64,000 bases of DNA from Diplonema japonicum (Eukaryota > Protista > Euglenozoa: Diplonemea). The DNA lies in NCBI GenBank assembly GCA_964019335.1, contig OZ025650.1, positions 124,001-188,000 of the forward strand. Direction: 5' to 3'. Each line of letters opens with the position of its first letter. Position 1 is the first letter of the stretch. Position numbers and translations under genes: made by a program. The notes beneath the pieces are model-generated. The model searched no databases and was not told where the DNA came from. It was given only the letters and a program-made list of their open reading frames with translations. Of this stretch, positions 1 to 10,631 are shown piece by piece.

Positions 1-551
1 GTGACGTCCATCGACGTGTGGAGGATGAGCACGGTGGCGACGACGGCTGCTTCTAAGATGAGCCACGGGGCGTCTGTACGGGTTTCGTGTGCAGACTGTG
101 GTGTGGGGTCGTCGGTGTACTCCTCGATGTCGGAATAGGCAGAGAAAACGAGCGCTGCAATGCATAGAAAGCAGAGCAGGAAGTAAGGCTGCATGGTGAT
201 GTAGCCGAGGGCGCGGAAGACAGCTTTCTTGCGGCTGATAGCATGGCCGGCAGTTTTGTGGACCTTCACGGCAGTCTCGTTGATGGTGCTGTTCACGATG
301 GTGGTGTCCATGCCTCTCAAGCTTCCGCCGCGAAGCGCCTCCTTTGCGAGGTACTGCTTGTCGCGGGTGCGGAACCGCTCGCAGGGCGATGCCACGCTGC
401 TTAAAGGGAACGGGGGCTGCCGGCCGGCCCTTCTGTCCCCTGCCGACAGTGGCATGTCCACAGGGCTCACCAAGCTGGTGTTCTGCACTGCCGCAGGGGA
501 CGGCGGCGTCACTGTCCCTTTATCAGACATTTCTATCTCATATTCTGCCAT
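1..551 (-). CDS. 5' part of a membrane protein running off the window edge (not in the ORF track)
   Basis: Open frame from ATG at 551 (MAEYEIEMSDKGTVTPPSP...) to position 1 with no stop. Two hydrophobic segments (YFLLCFLCIAALVFSAY; WLILEAAVVATVLILH). Confidence 0.7.
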   Translation of the reverse strand, partial: MAEYEIEMSDKGTVTPPSPAAVQNTSLVSPVDMPLSAGDRRAGRQPPFPLSSVASPCERFRTRDKQYLAKEALRGGSLRGMDTTIVNSTINETAVKVHKTAGHAISRKKAVFRALGYITMQPYFLLCFLCIAALVFSAYSDIEEYTDDPTPQSAHETRTDAPWLILEAAVVATVLILHTSMDV

Positions 552-1088
552 CTTGCACCAGCCTTGCCACTTTCCTCAAAGGAAGCCAATTTATCGCTTT
601 TCAATTATCCCCCTTTCCCTGCAGTTTCTTCTTGGTGTCAGAAAAAAAAACAATAAAATCATGAAGGGGTAGGAGGGAAAGGGAGAAGTGAAAAAAAAAA
701 AAAGATTTTTTTTGAAATCTAAAAGAAGCTGATGTAGAACGTGCACATGGGGGGGGTTTTTTTTAAATTCTTCTTGATTTTCTTCAACCGACCGTTTGAA
801 AATCTTTTTGTTGTGTTACTAGCTTCAAAAAAATGGGGGGGGAAGAGGAAAGGGGGTATCAAAAAAAGTAGTAAGTTAGAGAGGAGGGTTACTCTTTTGT
901 TACCCATTCTCGCTGGGACCCTTAATCTCCTTCACCAAAATAACAAATGGGTGAAATGAAATATAATGATGAGAGGAGACAAAAAGTGCTCAAAACGAAA
1001 GGGGAACAAAGCGTCATCGTATCTCTAAAGTTGCAACAGCTCTTCAGAAATATTGGGGAGGGGGTGTGGAGGTTTTCTTTTTTTTCTC

Positions 1089-4000
1089 TCATTCAGACGA
1101 GCTGTCAGAGGATGAACCAGAGTCCGCTCCTTCGTCATCGGATTCAACAGAGATCTGTGATTTTGTTGGGTGTTTCTTTTTTTTTTTTTTTTTTTTTTTT
1201 TGTTAAATACCTCAGAACTTGACTCAGACGCATTATCACATGTGATCTTTGCAGTGTCGCCTTCAAAACCTTTACTCGTTTCGACCCCAGCTTTCATCTT
1301 TTCGGATTCTCTTTCATTGCAAAACAAGAATGTCACCATTTTCTTCCCAAAGACCTTCAACATAGTGTCGTTCCCCTCACCAGGACAGGTCAAGTGTTGC
1401 CAGCCCTTCAGTTCATCCATACGGGGGCCCGACCTGGCGTGCGTTTTGAACGCTCGGAACAAGCCGTTGCCCTTCTCCGTTTTGGGTTCTTTACATTTGC
1501 ATCCGAGCAGATCGTGGGTCTCGCACAGGGTATCGGTCTTCAACAAGAAAAGCGCTCTCAAATCATTGTTCGTGAAGTGTTGCTTTGACTTGTCAGTCGC
1601 GTCCATCACGTTGGCGGAGAGACCTTGCTTGCTGACCTGCCGTTGGTACACCTTCTCTTCAATAGTACCCGTAGTAAGCAATCGGTAGATAAAAACCTTC
1701 TTCTTCTGCCCGTCTCTCCAAACCCTTCCCATCGCCTGCGCGTCGTTAGCAGGATTCCAATCCGGGTCGTACAAGATCAGCCTGTTCGCGCCGATCAGGT
1801 TCAATCCCACACCCCCAGCCTTGCTGGACAGAAGGAACACGACCTCCGGGCTCCCTGCTACGTTGAACTGATCCACAAGTTGTTGTCTCTTTTTGATCGG
1901 CGTGTTCCCGTCCAGCTGGAAGTACCCCACCTCCATCTTCTTGCACAGCGCAGCGATTACGTGCAACGTTTGCGTGTAGTTCGAGACGATCACAACCTTG
2001 TCGCGGTTCCTTTGCGGCATCGCCTTCAGTTCTTTGCACAGTCCTGCCACAAAGTCCATCTTCCCGCTGACATCAGGCATGCTACTATGCATTTTGTACC
2101 CCTTCGGAAAGACCGCCTTCACAGACTTCATCCCACCCGAGTTTTCAATAATCTCGTAAATAAGGTCAGGGTGGTTGCAGAGCTTCTTGAGGCTTGTGAT
2201 CATCACAAGAGCCGGCGAGGTGCGTTTCCCGTCCTCGTTGTCGATCAGCTCTTCCTTGTTCTGCACGATTGCATTGTACAGCTTTACCTGGAAATCAGAG
2301 GGGCGGACAAAGACGGTCTGCTCCAGCTTCGACGGCAGGTATTTCTCGTTGATGGTCTGCTTCCGTTGAAGAATAAACTTGTTGGTCAGTGTCGCAAGGT
2401 AGTGCGCACGGGCGCCGCCTAGGATCTTCTCATTCTCAGGGCACATCGGCTCACGTCCCGCCATGATGGGCACCTCAAACACAGTTTTGAAAGTGTTGAG
2501 GTTCCCAACGATGCCGGGGTTGCAGAAGTTAACCATTGCGTGGAACTCGCCCAAATCGTTCTGCAGGGGTGTTCCCGAGAGGATGACCCTGCGCCGGGTT
2601 GGGATCATGTCGACGGCTTTCGTCGTCTTAATTTCCGCGTTCTTCAGACGGTGCCCCTCATCGCAGATCACAAGCCCGATCTGCGTCATCGACTTGAAGC
2701 GCTGTTCATACTTCCGCAACTGGTCGTATGAGATGACCAACACGTTCCTGTCACTGTCATGCTGGAAGGAGTTGATGATCCTCTCCCCCCGCACCGTCGA
2801 CTGTGCAATGGCACATGGGTTCACAGTACCCTCACCTAACCATTTCACAAGTTCATTGCACCAGTTCTGCACCAAACTACTCGGTGCGACCACAACGGCC
2901 TTCCTGGCTAGCCTCTCCCCATGCCGCCCTTGGTTCAACGCAGTCCACAGCAAAGCAATGGCCTGAATGGACTTCCCGAGACCCATTTCATCGGCAAGGA
3001 TGCACCCGAAGTGCCCCGACACCCGCTCGCCGGTAATGCAATCCCACAGGAACTTCACACCTATGATCTGATGAGGGCGGAGCATGTCGCCTATGATAGG
3101 GTCCACGACCACAGAGGTAAGCGGGCGGCGGAGAGAGTCGAACTTGTACTCAGCACGGTACAGAACGACCGCCTTCTCAGCCTCTGGGTCGAAGGTAGGC
3201 ATTGTGGACTTTGCGGCTTCCGCTTTTTTCGGCATTGTGAAACCACCTTTTGATTTGTACATCCTGAATTTCATAGGACGGAAGGCACTCGAGATAGCGG
3301 CGGACCTGGACACCATTGACGTGCCGTACGTGATAGACGACCCTGTGTGCGAGAGATGGTTCACCTCACCGAGGGCGGCAATGCGTATCTGGCGCTCCTC
3401 TGCCTTCCTTCGCTGTTTTTCCATCATTCGTCGCCGTTGGTTCTTCCGCAGAAAAAATGCGCCGTTCAGGTATTCCTCCTCTGTCACGGCAGGGCCCAGT
3501 TTCACTGTCTTCCCTGCGATCTTAGTTTCCTCGTTCATCTTGAGCTTGCCAGTGTCGTGCACGGGGTAGCCGGGGTTGGGGCGGTTGCCGAACTGTTTGC
3601 CTGTTCGGTCAAACATTTGTACGCATTTTGCGTCGACGGACACGACGAGGATGCCTTTCTTCATGTGGCGGGAGCCTTGGTGGTTGAGCACCTTCCCTTC
3701 GAAGTAGAGACAGCCAAATTCAGAGACAGCGAGACGGGCAACCTTCTCACGCGGGTTGCCTTGCTCATCAACAGATTCCTCGGATGATGACGATGAAGCG
3801 GAAGAAGAGGAGCTCGAGGAATCGGACTCATCGCCCGACATCTCTTCGCCTGTCGCCTCTGCGATCATTGCTTTCGTCATTTTCACCCCCTTCTCGGTGC
3901 ATTCCTTCTCCAGCTTCCGCAAGATTTCTTGTTTCGCCCAGTCCTTTTGCTTTTTATGCACTTCCTTCCGCAACTTTAACATTGCAGGCGGTAGCTCTGA

Positions 4001-4297
4001 GTCATGCACCTCCCTCTGCACCTCTGGCTCCTCTTGCTCCTCTCCCTCCGTCATGACCTTCTTCCGTTTTGCAGGTGGCTCGTATTTGTCCCCCATCTTC
4101 TCTTTCAGCTGCGCTTCAAGCACCTCCTCGGCAGTCCTACCTCGCGATGGTGGGTAAAAGGGCTTCTTCTGTTTCTCCGCAAGCTTCGTTGCCTTTCCCT
4201 CTGCTTCCTCTTTCGACACCTTCGCAGGGGGCTTAAAATTCTTCCTCACAACACCCGCCACATGGGGTTTGCCCCACGTCGCCTTGACACCAGGCAT
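1089..4297 (-). CDS. RAD54B: RAD54B/Rdh54-like SNF2 DNA translocase; exons 4297-1211 and 1154-1089
   Basis: Motifs LRPHQ, GCILADEMGLGKS, CDEGHRLKN, LSGTPLQNDL, LKKLCNHP, FLLSSKAGGVGLNLIGANRL, DPDWNPAND, QAMGRVWRDGQ. Removing the 56-nt intron replaces a poly-Lys tail with the acidic tail SEISVESDDEGADSGSSSDSSSE*. Confidence 0.92.
1155..1210 (-). other. 56-nt GT-AG intron with poly(A) tract
   Basis: GAG|GTATTTAAC-A(n)-GAAACACCCAACAAAATCACAG|ATC. Confidence 0.8.
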
Positions 4298-4386
4298 GTG
4301 GAGAACTTCCTGTGACTGGTAGAAAATGCGTCTCTACATAATAATAAAAAAGAAAACACCACTAAGAGGTCAGTTGCCTCACGCTC

Positions 4387-5709
4387 TCAGAAAGTATAAA
4401 GTCGTAGCGGGGATACATAATTGGGGAAGAAATGGTCAGCAGCCTTCAAGGCGGCAGTGGGGAGAAGCACGTATGGGATGATGGCACGGGGGCGGCGGGT
4501 GAATTTCAGCGAGAGTGCAGGGAAGATCCTATGAAAACGGGGGCCAAGCGAGAGTTGCTGGTAGGTAGTGAGGACCTTTGGGACGAAGAAGTACCACGGG
4601 AGTGGGAACGACAGTGTGAGCAACGCAATCACCCCATACTGGTACGCCATGTGCACGGTGTCGTTCACCTCACTCGTAATGTCGCCCAGCGTAGTGTACC
4701 TCTCAGGGGTGCTTTCGCCCAATGGGATCTCCCTCCCTCCCGGGAGCCTTGACATTGCTTTCTTCATCTTCCGCAACACATCCTTTCTTTTCTCTCGTTC
4801 GGTCTCGAGGAAATAGGCGTACTTCATTTCTTCCACTTTGTACTTCAACCATTCTCCTGTGTATGCGGCGAATCCGCCGGAAAGACTGCTTGCAAGGAAG
4901 CATGACAGCAACACAGTGCTGACTTGTCCTTTGATGCCCCAATGGTGGTAGTGCCGGGCAAGGGAGTAGATGAATGTGGTGGAGAAGTATGTTGCAAAGT
5001 CAAGGGAACCAGAGAACACGCGGAGGTTGTTACGGAGAGAGGTGACCTCGTCGTTGGTCATAGTGGACCGCCCACGGCCTGCTGCGATCAATGTCTTCAG
5101 TGATGTCCTGCGTGCTATGTAATCGAAAGATTTATTGTAAGCGTTGTTCGCGCGTTGTACGATGTCTGTGCGTGCTGTGACCCCCACAGCAGCCTCTAGC
5201 AAGTATGGGTTTGTAAATGCGTATGCAGACAATGTACCAGCTGCCCTTTCTGATGCCCATTCCCTAGATCGGTACATGTCGATAAGGCTGTAGGTGCTTT
5301 CTAAAACATCTTTGTGAATGTTCTCATTTCGTGCCATGTGGCACACAGTTGAGGTTGCCTCCCACACCGCCATCTGTCCTCTCTTATCGTCACCGAGGAG
5401 CTCAAGCATCCTCATAAACTTCTCCCGTACCACGTTTTCAAATCCCTCGTACAGATAACATTCCTTCATGAATCTACATGTGGCTACCTGTGTGTTCACG
5501 TCGCTGCTGTGTATCATGTTTACAAACGTTCTTTGCATGCCCTTCAAACGGATCGCCTCGAACACTCTGTCATCAAGCACCGCCAGGCGTAGTATTTCCA
5601 TTTTTTCAGTTGTCACCTTTTTCGGATGCTGCTCTTCAATGATTTTCAGCAGCGACACCGCTCTGTCCCAGTTCCACCTATCGAGCTCTTTCTTTATGTT
5701 GATTGCCAT
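4387..5709 (-). CDS. Hypothetical protein, helical (ARM-like) N-terminus plus C-terminal hydrophobic segments
   Basis: 440-aa ORF with ATG after an A-rich leader. Hydrophobic stretches such as YGVIALLTLSFPLPWYFFV. No family recognised. Confidence 0.75.
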   Translation of the reverse strand: MAINIKKELDRWNWDRAVSLLKIIEEQHPKKVTTEKMEILRLAVLDDRVFEAIRLKGMQRTFVNMIHSSDVNTQVATCRFMKECYLYEGFENVVREKFMRMLELLGDDKRGQMAVWEATSTVCHMARNENIHKDVLESTYSLIDMYRSREWASERAAGTLSAYAFTNPYLLEAAVGVTARTDIVQRANNAYNKSFDYIARRTSLKTLIAAGRGRSTMTNDEVTSLRNNLRVFSGSLDFATYFSTTFIYSLARHYHHWGIKGQVSTVLLSCFLASSLSGGFAAYTGEWLKYKVEEMKYAYFLETEREKRKDVLRKMKKAMSRLPGGREIPLGESTPERYTTLGDITSEVNDTVHMAYQYGVIALLTLSFPLPWYFFVPKVLTTYQQLSLGPRFHRIFPALSLKFTRRPRAIIPYVLLPTAALKAADHFFPNYVSPLRLYTF

Positions 5710-6590
5710 TTTATGTCTTTTTTTTTCCCCCTTCCTTTTTATGTTTACAAATGGAGATTAAAAAAAATAGGGTTAGACAGATAGAAAAGTAACAACATTG
5801 AAGGGAAAAAAAAAGCTTGGGGGGGATGGAAAAAATCGATTTCATTTTTTTTTTTTTTTGTGTTCCCTTTTCTCTCTTTTGTTTTTTGCCAGCACATTTC
5901 TCGCAGATTTTTCAAAGAATTGTTGGCCGTGTGTGTGTTTTCTTTTTTTTTTGGTTTGTTTGTTTTCTTTTTTTCTTCTTCTTCTTTTTGGGGTCTAAAA
6001 AAAATAAAGAAAAGAACGGAGGGGAAGAAGAACTAAACAAAGCACAAGTTTAAACAGTAAAGAGGTGAAAGAGGGTCTGGAAAAGGAGAAGAAAAAAAGG
6101 GGGGGGGGTTTCGTTGTTTGAATTGAAAACCCCCTTGAAGAACCTCCCACCTCCACCTGAACGGTCTTCTGATACAAAACTTTTCATTTCTTTTTTTTTT
6201 TTTTTTTTTGAAATGTATACGAAGTGAAGAGAAAAAAAGAAAGAGAAACAAAAAAGAAAAAGAAATCACACACGGGACCATCTTCTCTGCACAAAAATGA
6301 GGAGAAAGAATCATTTTCCTTTTTTCTTCTTCTCCCTTTGTGAATAAGGCTGGAACCACACCCACACAAACCCATTATCCATTGCTTCAAAAGGGCAGTT
6401 TCAATTTCATATTCACTCTATATCCAGTGAAAGCAATGTTACAACTTTTCTTTAGAAGCCAGTTTTTTATTCCCTTTTTCTTTTTTTCTTTCGCACTGTT
6501 CTTAACACCCGCATGTTTTGTGCATGCGCTGCTGGAAATCTCAAACGAAATTCAGAAAAAAAAAAAAAATAGGAGCAGGTTTACATGCGT

Positions 6591-6640
<50 letters not shown>

Positions 6641-6993
6641 ATTTCTGCTTTGACTAACCCTCTAAAAGAAAACTTGTCCATACATGTGCACACAGGGAGA
6701 AGGAAAAAGGAAAAGGAAAGGGAAAAGGAAAAGAAAAAAAAAAACTTATATGATATTAACAACCAGCTCTTTCACGATTGAAAGAAGTCAAGAGAAAGAA
6801 GAAGAAGGAAAAGAATGGAGAGAGAGAAAAAAGAGAGGCAACGAAGGAGCCTAAAAGACAAGAAGATAAGAAGAAAACAAAGAAGGGGAAAAAAAAAAGG
6901 AAAGAAAGAGGAAAGGCGGCAAATGGCCATGACGACAACCCCTCTATCTGTCGTTAATCCTGTTAATCCCATTAAAAGTGAAAAATCATTTTT

Positions 6994-6995
<2 letters not shown>

Positions 6996-7028
<33 letters not shown>
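6996..7028. repeat. (GT)n microsatellite
   Basis: Uninterrupted gtgtgt run. Confidence 0.95.
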
Positions 7029-7030
<2 letters not shown>

Positions 7031-7558
7031 GTGGGTGGGGGGGGGCGCACTTAAGAGCCTTTCTCCTCCCTCCCATTTTAAAATTCCAATCCTTAATATT
7101 GGCTGAGACAGTGTTCCTTGCCTCCCACCTGTGCATACCTTTCATTTCTCTTTTTTTTCTCTTCTTTTCTCCCTTCTTTCTTTATTCTTTCTTTTTTCTT
7201 CTTATGCTCACGGTTTTCTCATAATAAAATGAATGGGAAGAGGAAGTTTGCTTGTTGCGCCGTTAAGGTAAAAAAAGAAAAAAAAAAAACAATGAATAAA
7301 TCTTTTCTGGAGGAGAGCGAGTGAATGGGGGGGGGCATACTTTTTTTTTTCTTCTCACTTTACATACGGAATCAAGTAAAGAGGGAATGGGAAAAAAACT
7401 CAAAGTACAGGACAAGCCCCCCGCTAGAGGGCCGCCCTATGGGAGGGGGGGGTCTATCTGTTAATACTCCCCTAAAAAAAAAACGCTTTTTTTAAAAAAC
7501 CCTTATGCAGCCAGGTGGGGGCAGTTTTGGAGTTTCCTGTTTTTGTATTAACAATATT

Positions 7559-7686
7559 ATAGTCGAGTCTAAAAACTAGATGGCAGCGTAATGAGCGAGA
7601 ATTTTATTAGGTAAAATTCTGCTCGTGCGCACAAACAAATAAAGCGCCAAACTAGTTTTTCACTAAAACTGGCGGCCTCGGACTAT
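7559..7686. repeat. ~130-bp nested inverted repeat (fold-back element)
   Basis: Paired arms atagtc/gactat, aaaaactag/ctagttttt, tggc-gc/gcgcca and gagc-g-agaatttta/taaaattctgctc around the loop ttagg. Confidence 0.7.
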
Positions 7687-8046
7687 TGGGTGCAATGTGC
7701 AGTGAGTATGGGTTTCATCGAGAAATTGAGCTGCAGCATGGATGTTCAGTCGATCTTTACCTGCCACCCTGCGTTTCACTAGATTATTAGATGTTCGGTC
7801 TACTTCATGCAGATTCTTCAAAAAGTATTTCATCCGCTTTTTTTTTCTCTCTTTTTTTTTTCTCTTTCTTTCTTCTTTTTATTTTTCCCTCAGAACACAG
7901 AAAGCAGTTGGCTGCAAATAGGGACGGTCATATGTGGGGGGGGGGGGGGGGGGGGGGGGATGGAAAACAAAGAAAAGAAATGCTACTGCTAAGATATCTA
8001 TGGAAAAAAGGGGGAAAAAAAAAATCTTTTTTGAAAAAAGGATGAA

Positions 8047-10551
8047 TCAATTCCGCCTGCTGCCGGGGCGGTGACCAGAACCCGGAGGTAGCTTGGGTTG
8101 GTTATTGTAGTTAGCAGACGAAGGCTGATGCCGGCGAGGGGTAGCAGCAGAAGGTGTGGCAAGCGCTGCAGTAGAAGGTCTTCGAGTAGGAGGGGCCGCG
8201 ACTCGGAGGTGGAGGCTGCCTTTCCCTTTGGACAGTGGAACACCCTTCGGAGGCCCTTTACCCCTTACTGCCTCACGGAGCCTGAACTCCTTCATTCTCG
8301 CCAGCAGTGACCCCATTTCCATGTTGGACGCCTCGTCAGAAAGCCCATCTGGGCCAAGGCTCTCTCTTCTACCACTTTGCACTGGTGCCATCTTTGTCAG
8401 CCAAGGGTGCGCCAGTGCCTTCTCTGCTGTTGGCCTGTTCACCGATTTTGCAGATAACAACAATTTAATGAAGCTCTTGCAATCCTCGGAAACCCTTGCC
8501 CACGGCATGTCAGGGAACCTCACCCCCTCAACGATGCTCTCCGCGATGTTCGCGAGGTGCTCGTTCTCCGGCAGCGTCGTCCACGACCCATCCAGATGGA
8601 AGGGGTGCCTCTTGCCCCGCGTGATTAGCCCGTAGCAGATGACACCAGCTGCGAATATATCGATCTTCTGGTCATATGACGGCGGTGCTTTGCTGATGTC
8701 CTTCATCACCCCAAACTTAGCCGCCACTTCCTTCCACTTCCTACTCCATGCCGTTCCCGGCCGCCACCTCCATGCCAGCAGCAACTCCGGTGCCATGTAC
8801 AGCAGCGTCCCCCCGCCCACCTCGCCGTCACCGATAAACTTGCTGAGTCCCATGTCACATATTTTCACTGTCGGAAGGAACGGCCCTACCGCAGGTACGT
8901 CCTCCAGCAATACGTTCGAAACCTTCAAGTCGTGGTGCACGATGCCCTTCTCGTGCAAGTACTGCAGGCATGACAATATGCTGCGCATGATGTGTGCAGC
9001 AGCCCGCTCTCCGATGTGAAGGTGTCGTGCAGACGGTGATTTTAAAATGTTCTCAAGGTCACCTCCTGGGCAGTGCATCATGATGCACACCATGTAGTTC
9101 TCCGAGTCGGGTCCGTAGACTTCGTCCTCTCCCCAGTTGGAGTGGCCGTGCGCGCCGAACACGTGTCGTCCTGCTCGCCAGTCGACCAACTTGCAGAGGT
9201 TAGGGTGGTCAAGACCGCCCCACAGTTCCGTTACATGGGGACGTACAGGGCGGCAAGACCTAACCTTGATGAAGGCACCACGGTTCAGAGGAGCGTCGAA
9301 GTATTTGACCCCGTCGACTGTCCCGTTGTGGCTACCACACGGTACGTCTAGCACGACGCCTAGCCAACCCTCCTCCCCATACGGGCAGCAGCCAGTGTAC
9401 ACAACAAACCCCGACAGGAACTTCGATTGCAGGTACCGCGAAGCGCCAGATTTGCGTGAGCTGCTAGACGAAATTTCCTGCAAATCAGCCCAAGCAGCTA
9501 TGGTACCTTGCACCTTAGACCCTACTGTGATAGGCTCCTTGCGAGACCCAATGACCTCCCGCACCTCATCCTTAGTATCATGAGTCACCGGCAGCACCTT
9601 CGCCGCGTACTTCTTCCCTGTTGCCTTGTGTACCACTTCGTACACCTCACCAAATCCTCCCTCCCCCAGCTTCTTACCTGTCTCGTACACGTCGTCGAAG
9701 TCGAGATGCGGGTTGGAGAGGAGGCTGGGCTCGAGAGTGATCTCACGCTCAGAAACATTGTAGGTAGAGCAGTCTTTGCGTATCCACGGCCTGACATTAC
9801 CCGCCAGGACGTTGGGGGTAAGGGTGCTGTCCTCGTCCCACAGGATGTCCACTGTGCCGTTGGCGTGGGACTTGGCAATGGATCCTGTGTGCCAGTCTCC
9901 CTCCCAGAGGGCTGTCACGGAGGCCCCTATTTTCCACCACCCATCCATCCTCACTTCACGGGTAGGGAGGTTGTGCCCCACGCCACAGCGTTCTGCTGCA
10001 GGTGCTAAGTGGTCGGCGATCCTGCGCCAGTCATCGTGAGGGAGGGAGCTGCCTACACCAGTCTCGTCTTCGAGTGTCTTGTCCACGTGCTTGAACACCA
10101 GCGACCTGACAACGGTGACATTGATCGTGCCCGACTGAGATTTCACCCACCTGACGAGTCTGTCGGTTGACGAAGCGAACCACCGCACTTCCGAAGAGCC
10201 ACAGTAGTATGCGACAACTTCGTGCTTCCTGCACAGCAGATTCTCGGCAGACACTGCAGCTACTTTACCGTCAAAATTTATGATGGGCGCCTGCCCCTCA
10301 TGGCCCACTACCTTGCCCCTCATCCCGTTTAGATGTGACGTCTTTGGCTTCCGCACTCCAAACACGATGACTTCCCGCCCCACGGATGGCACATCACAGA
10401 CGGCAGCCGTGTATGAGCGCTTCCCCGACCCCCTCATAGTCACACTCGGTGGTGCTGCCTTTTCATACGCTTTCCCAGACACCCGCTCACTGGAGTTGCA
10501 TTTTTCTTTCTCCTCTTTCTCCATTGCAGCTTTCCCATCGCAGTTGCCCAT
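8047..10551 (-). CDS. CAMK-like Ser/Thr kinase with a Tudor-like domain and a CAP-Gly domain inserted in the kinase domain
   Basis: Kinase motifs LGEGGFGEVY, YAAK, LDHPNL, HHDLKVSN, DMG, GTLLYMAPE, DIFAAG. CAP-Gly signature GWLGVVLDVPCGSHNGTVDGVKYF. Tudor-like segment WKIGASVTALWEGDWHTGSI. Confidence 0.88.
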   Translation of the reverse strand: MGNCDGKAAMEKEEKEKCNSSERVSGKAYEKAAPPSVTMRGSGKRSYTAAVCDVPSVGREVIVFGVRKPKTSHLNGMRGKVVGHEGQAPIINFDGKVAAVSAENLLCRKHEVVAYYCGSSEVRWFASSTDRLVRWVKSQSGTINVTVVRSLVFKHVDKTLEDETGVGSSLPHDDWRRIADHLAPAAERCGVGHNLPTREVRMDGWWKIGASVTALWEGDWHTGSIAKSHANGTVDILWDEDSTLTPNVLAGNVRPWIRKDCSTYNVSEREITLEPSLLSNPHLDFDDVYETGKKLGEGGFGEVYEVVHKATGKKYAAKVLPVTHDTKDEVREVIGSRKEPITVGSKVQGTIAAWADLQEISSSSSRKSGASRYLQSKFLSGFVVYTGCCPYGEEGWLGVVLDVPCGSHNGTVDGVKYFDAPLNRGAFIKVRSCRPVRPHVTELWGGLDHPNLCKLVDWRAGRHVFGAHGHSNWGEDEVYGPDSENYMVCIMMHCPGGDLENILKSPSARHLHIGERAAAHIMRSILSCLQYLHEKGIVHHDLKVSNVLLEDVPAVGPFLPTVKICDMGLSKFIGDGEVGGGTLLYMAPELLLAWRWRPGTAWSRKWKEVAAKFGVMKDISKAPPSYDQKIDIFAAGVICYGLITRGKRHPFHLDGSWTTLPENEHLANIAESIVEGVRFPDMPWARVSEDCKSFIKLLLSAKSVNRPTAEKALAHPWLTKMAPVQSGRRESLGPDGLSDEASNMEMGSLLARMKEFRLREAVRGKGPPKGVPLSKGKGSLHLRVAAPPTRRPSTAALATPSAATPRRHQPSSANYNNQPKLPPGSGHRPGSRRN

Positions 10552-10631
10552 GACCCACTCCTGTGTTGATAATTCAAATAGCAGTTGGTTGATAAAAACT
10601 AGAGCAATGAACCTGGCCTATGGAAATAGGA

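Noticed and set aside
5798-7324. Many poly-Phe/poly-Lys ORFs here and in other spacers
   Set aside because: Translations of homopolymer tracts with no coding signal
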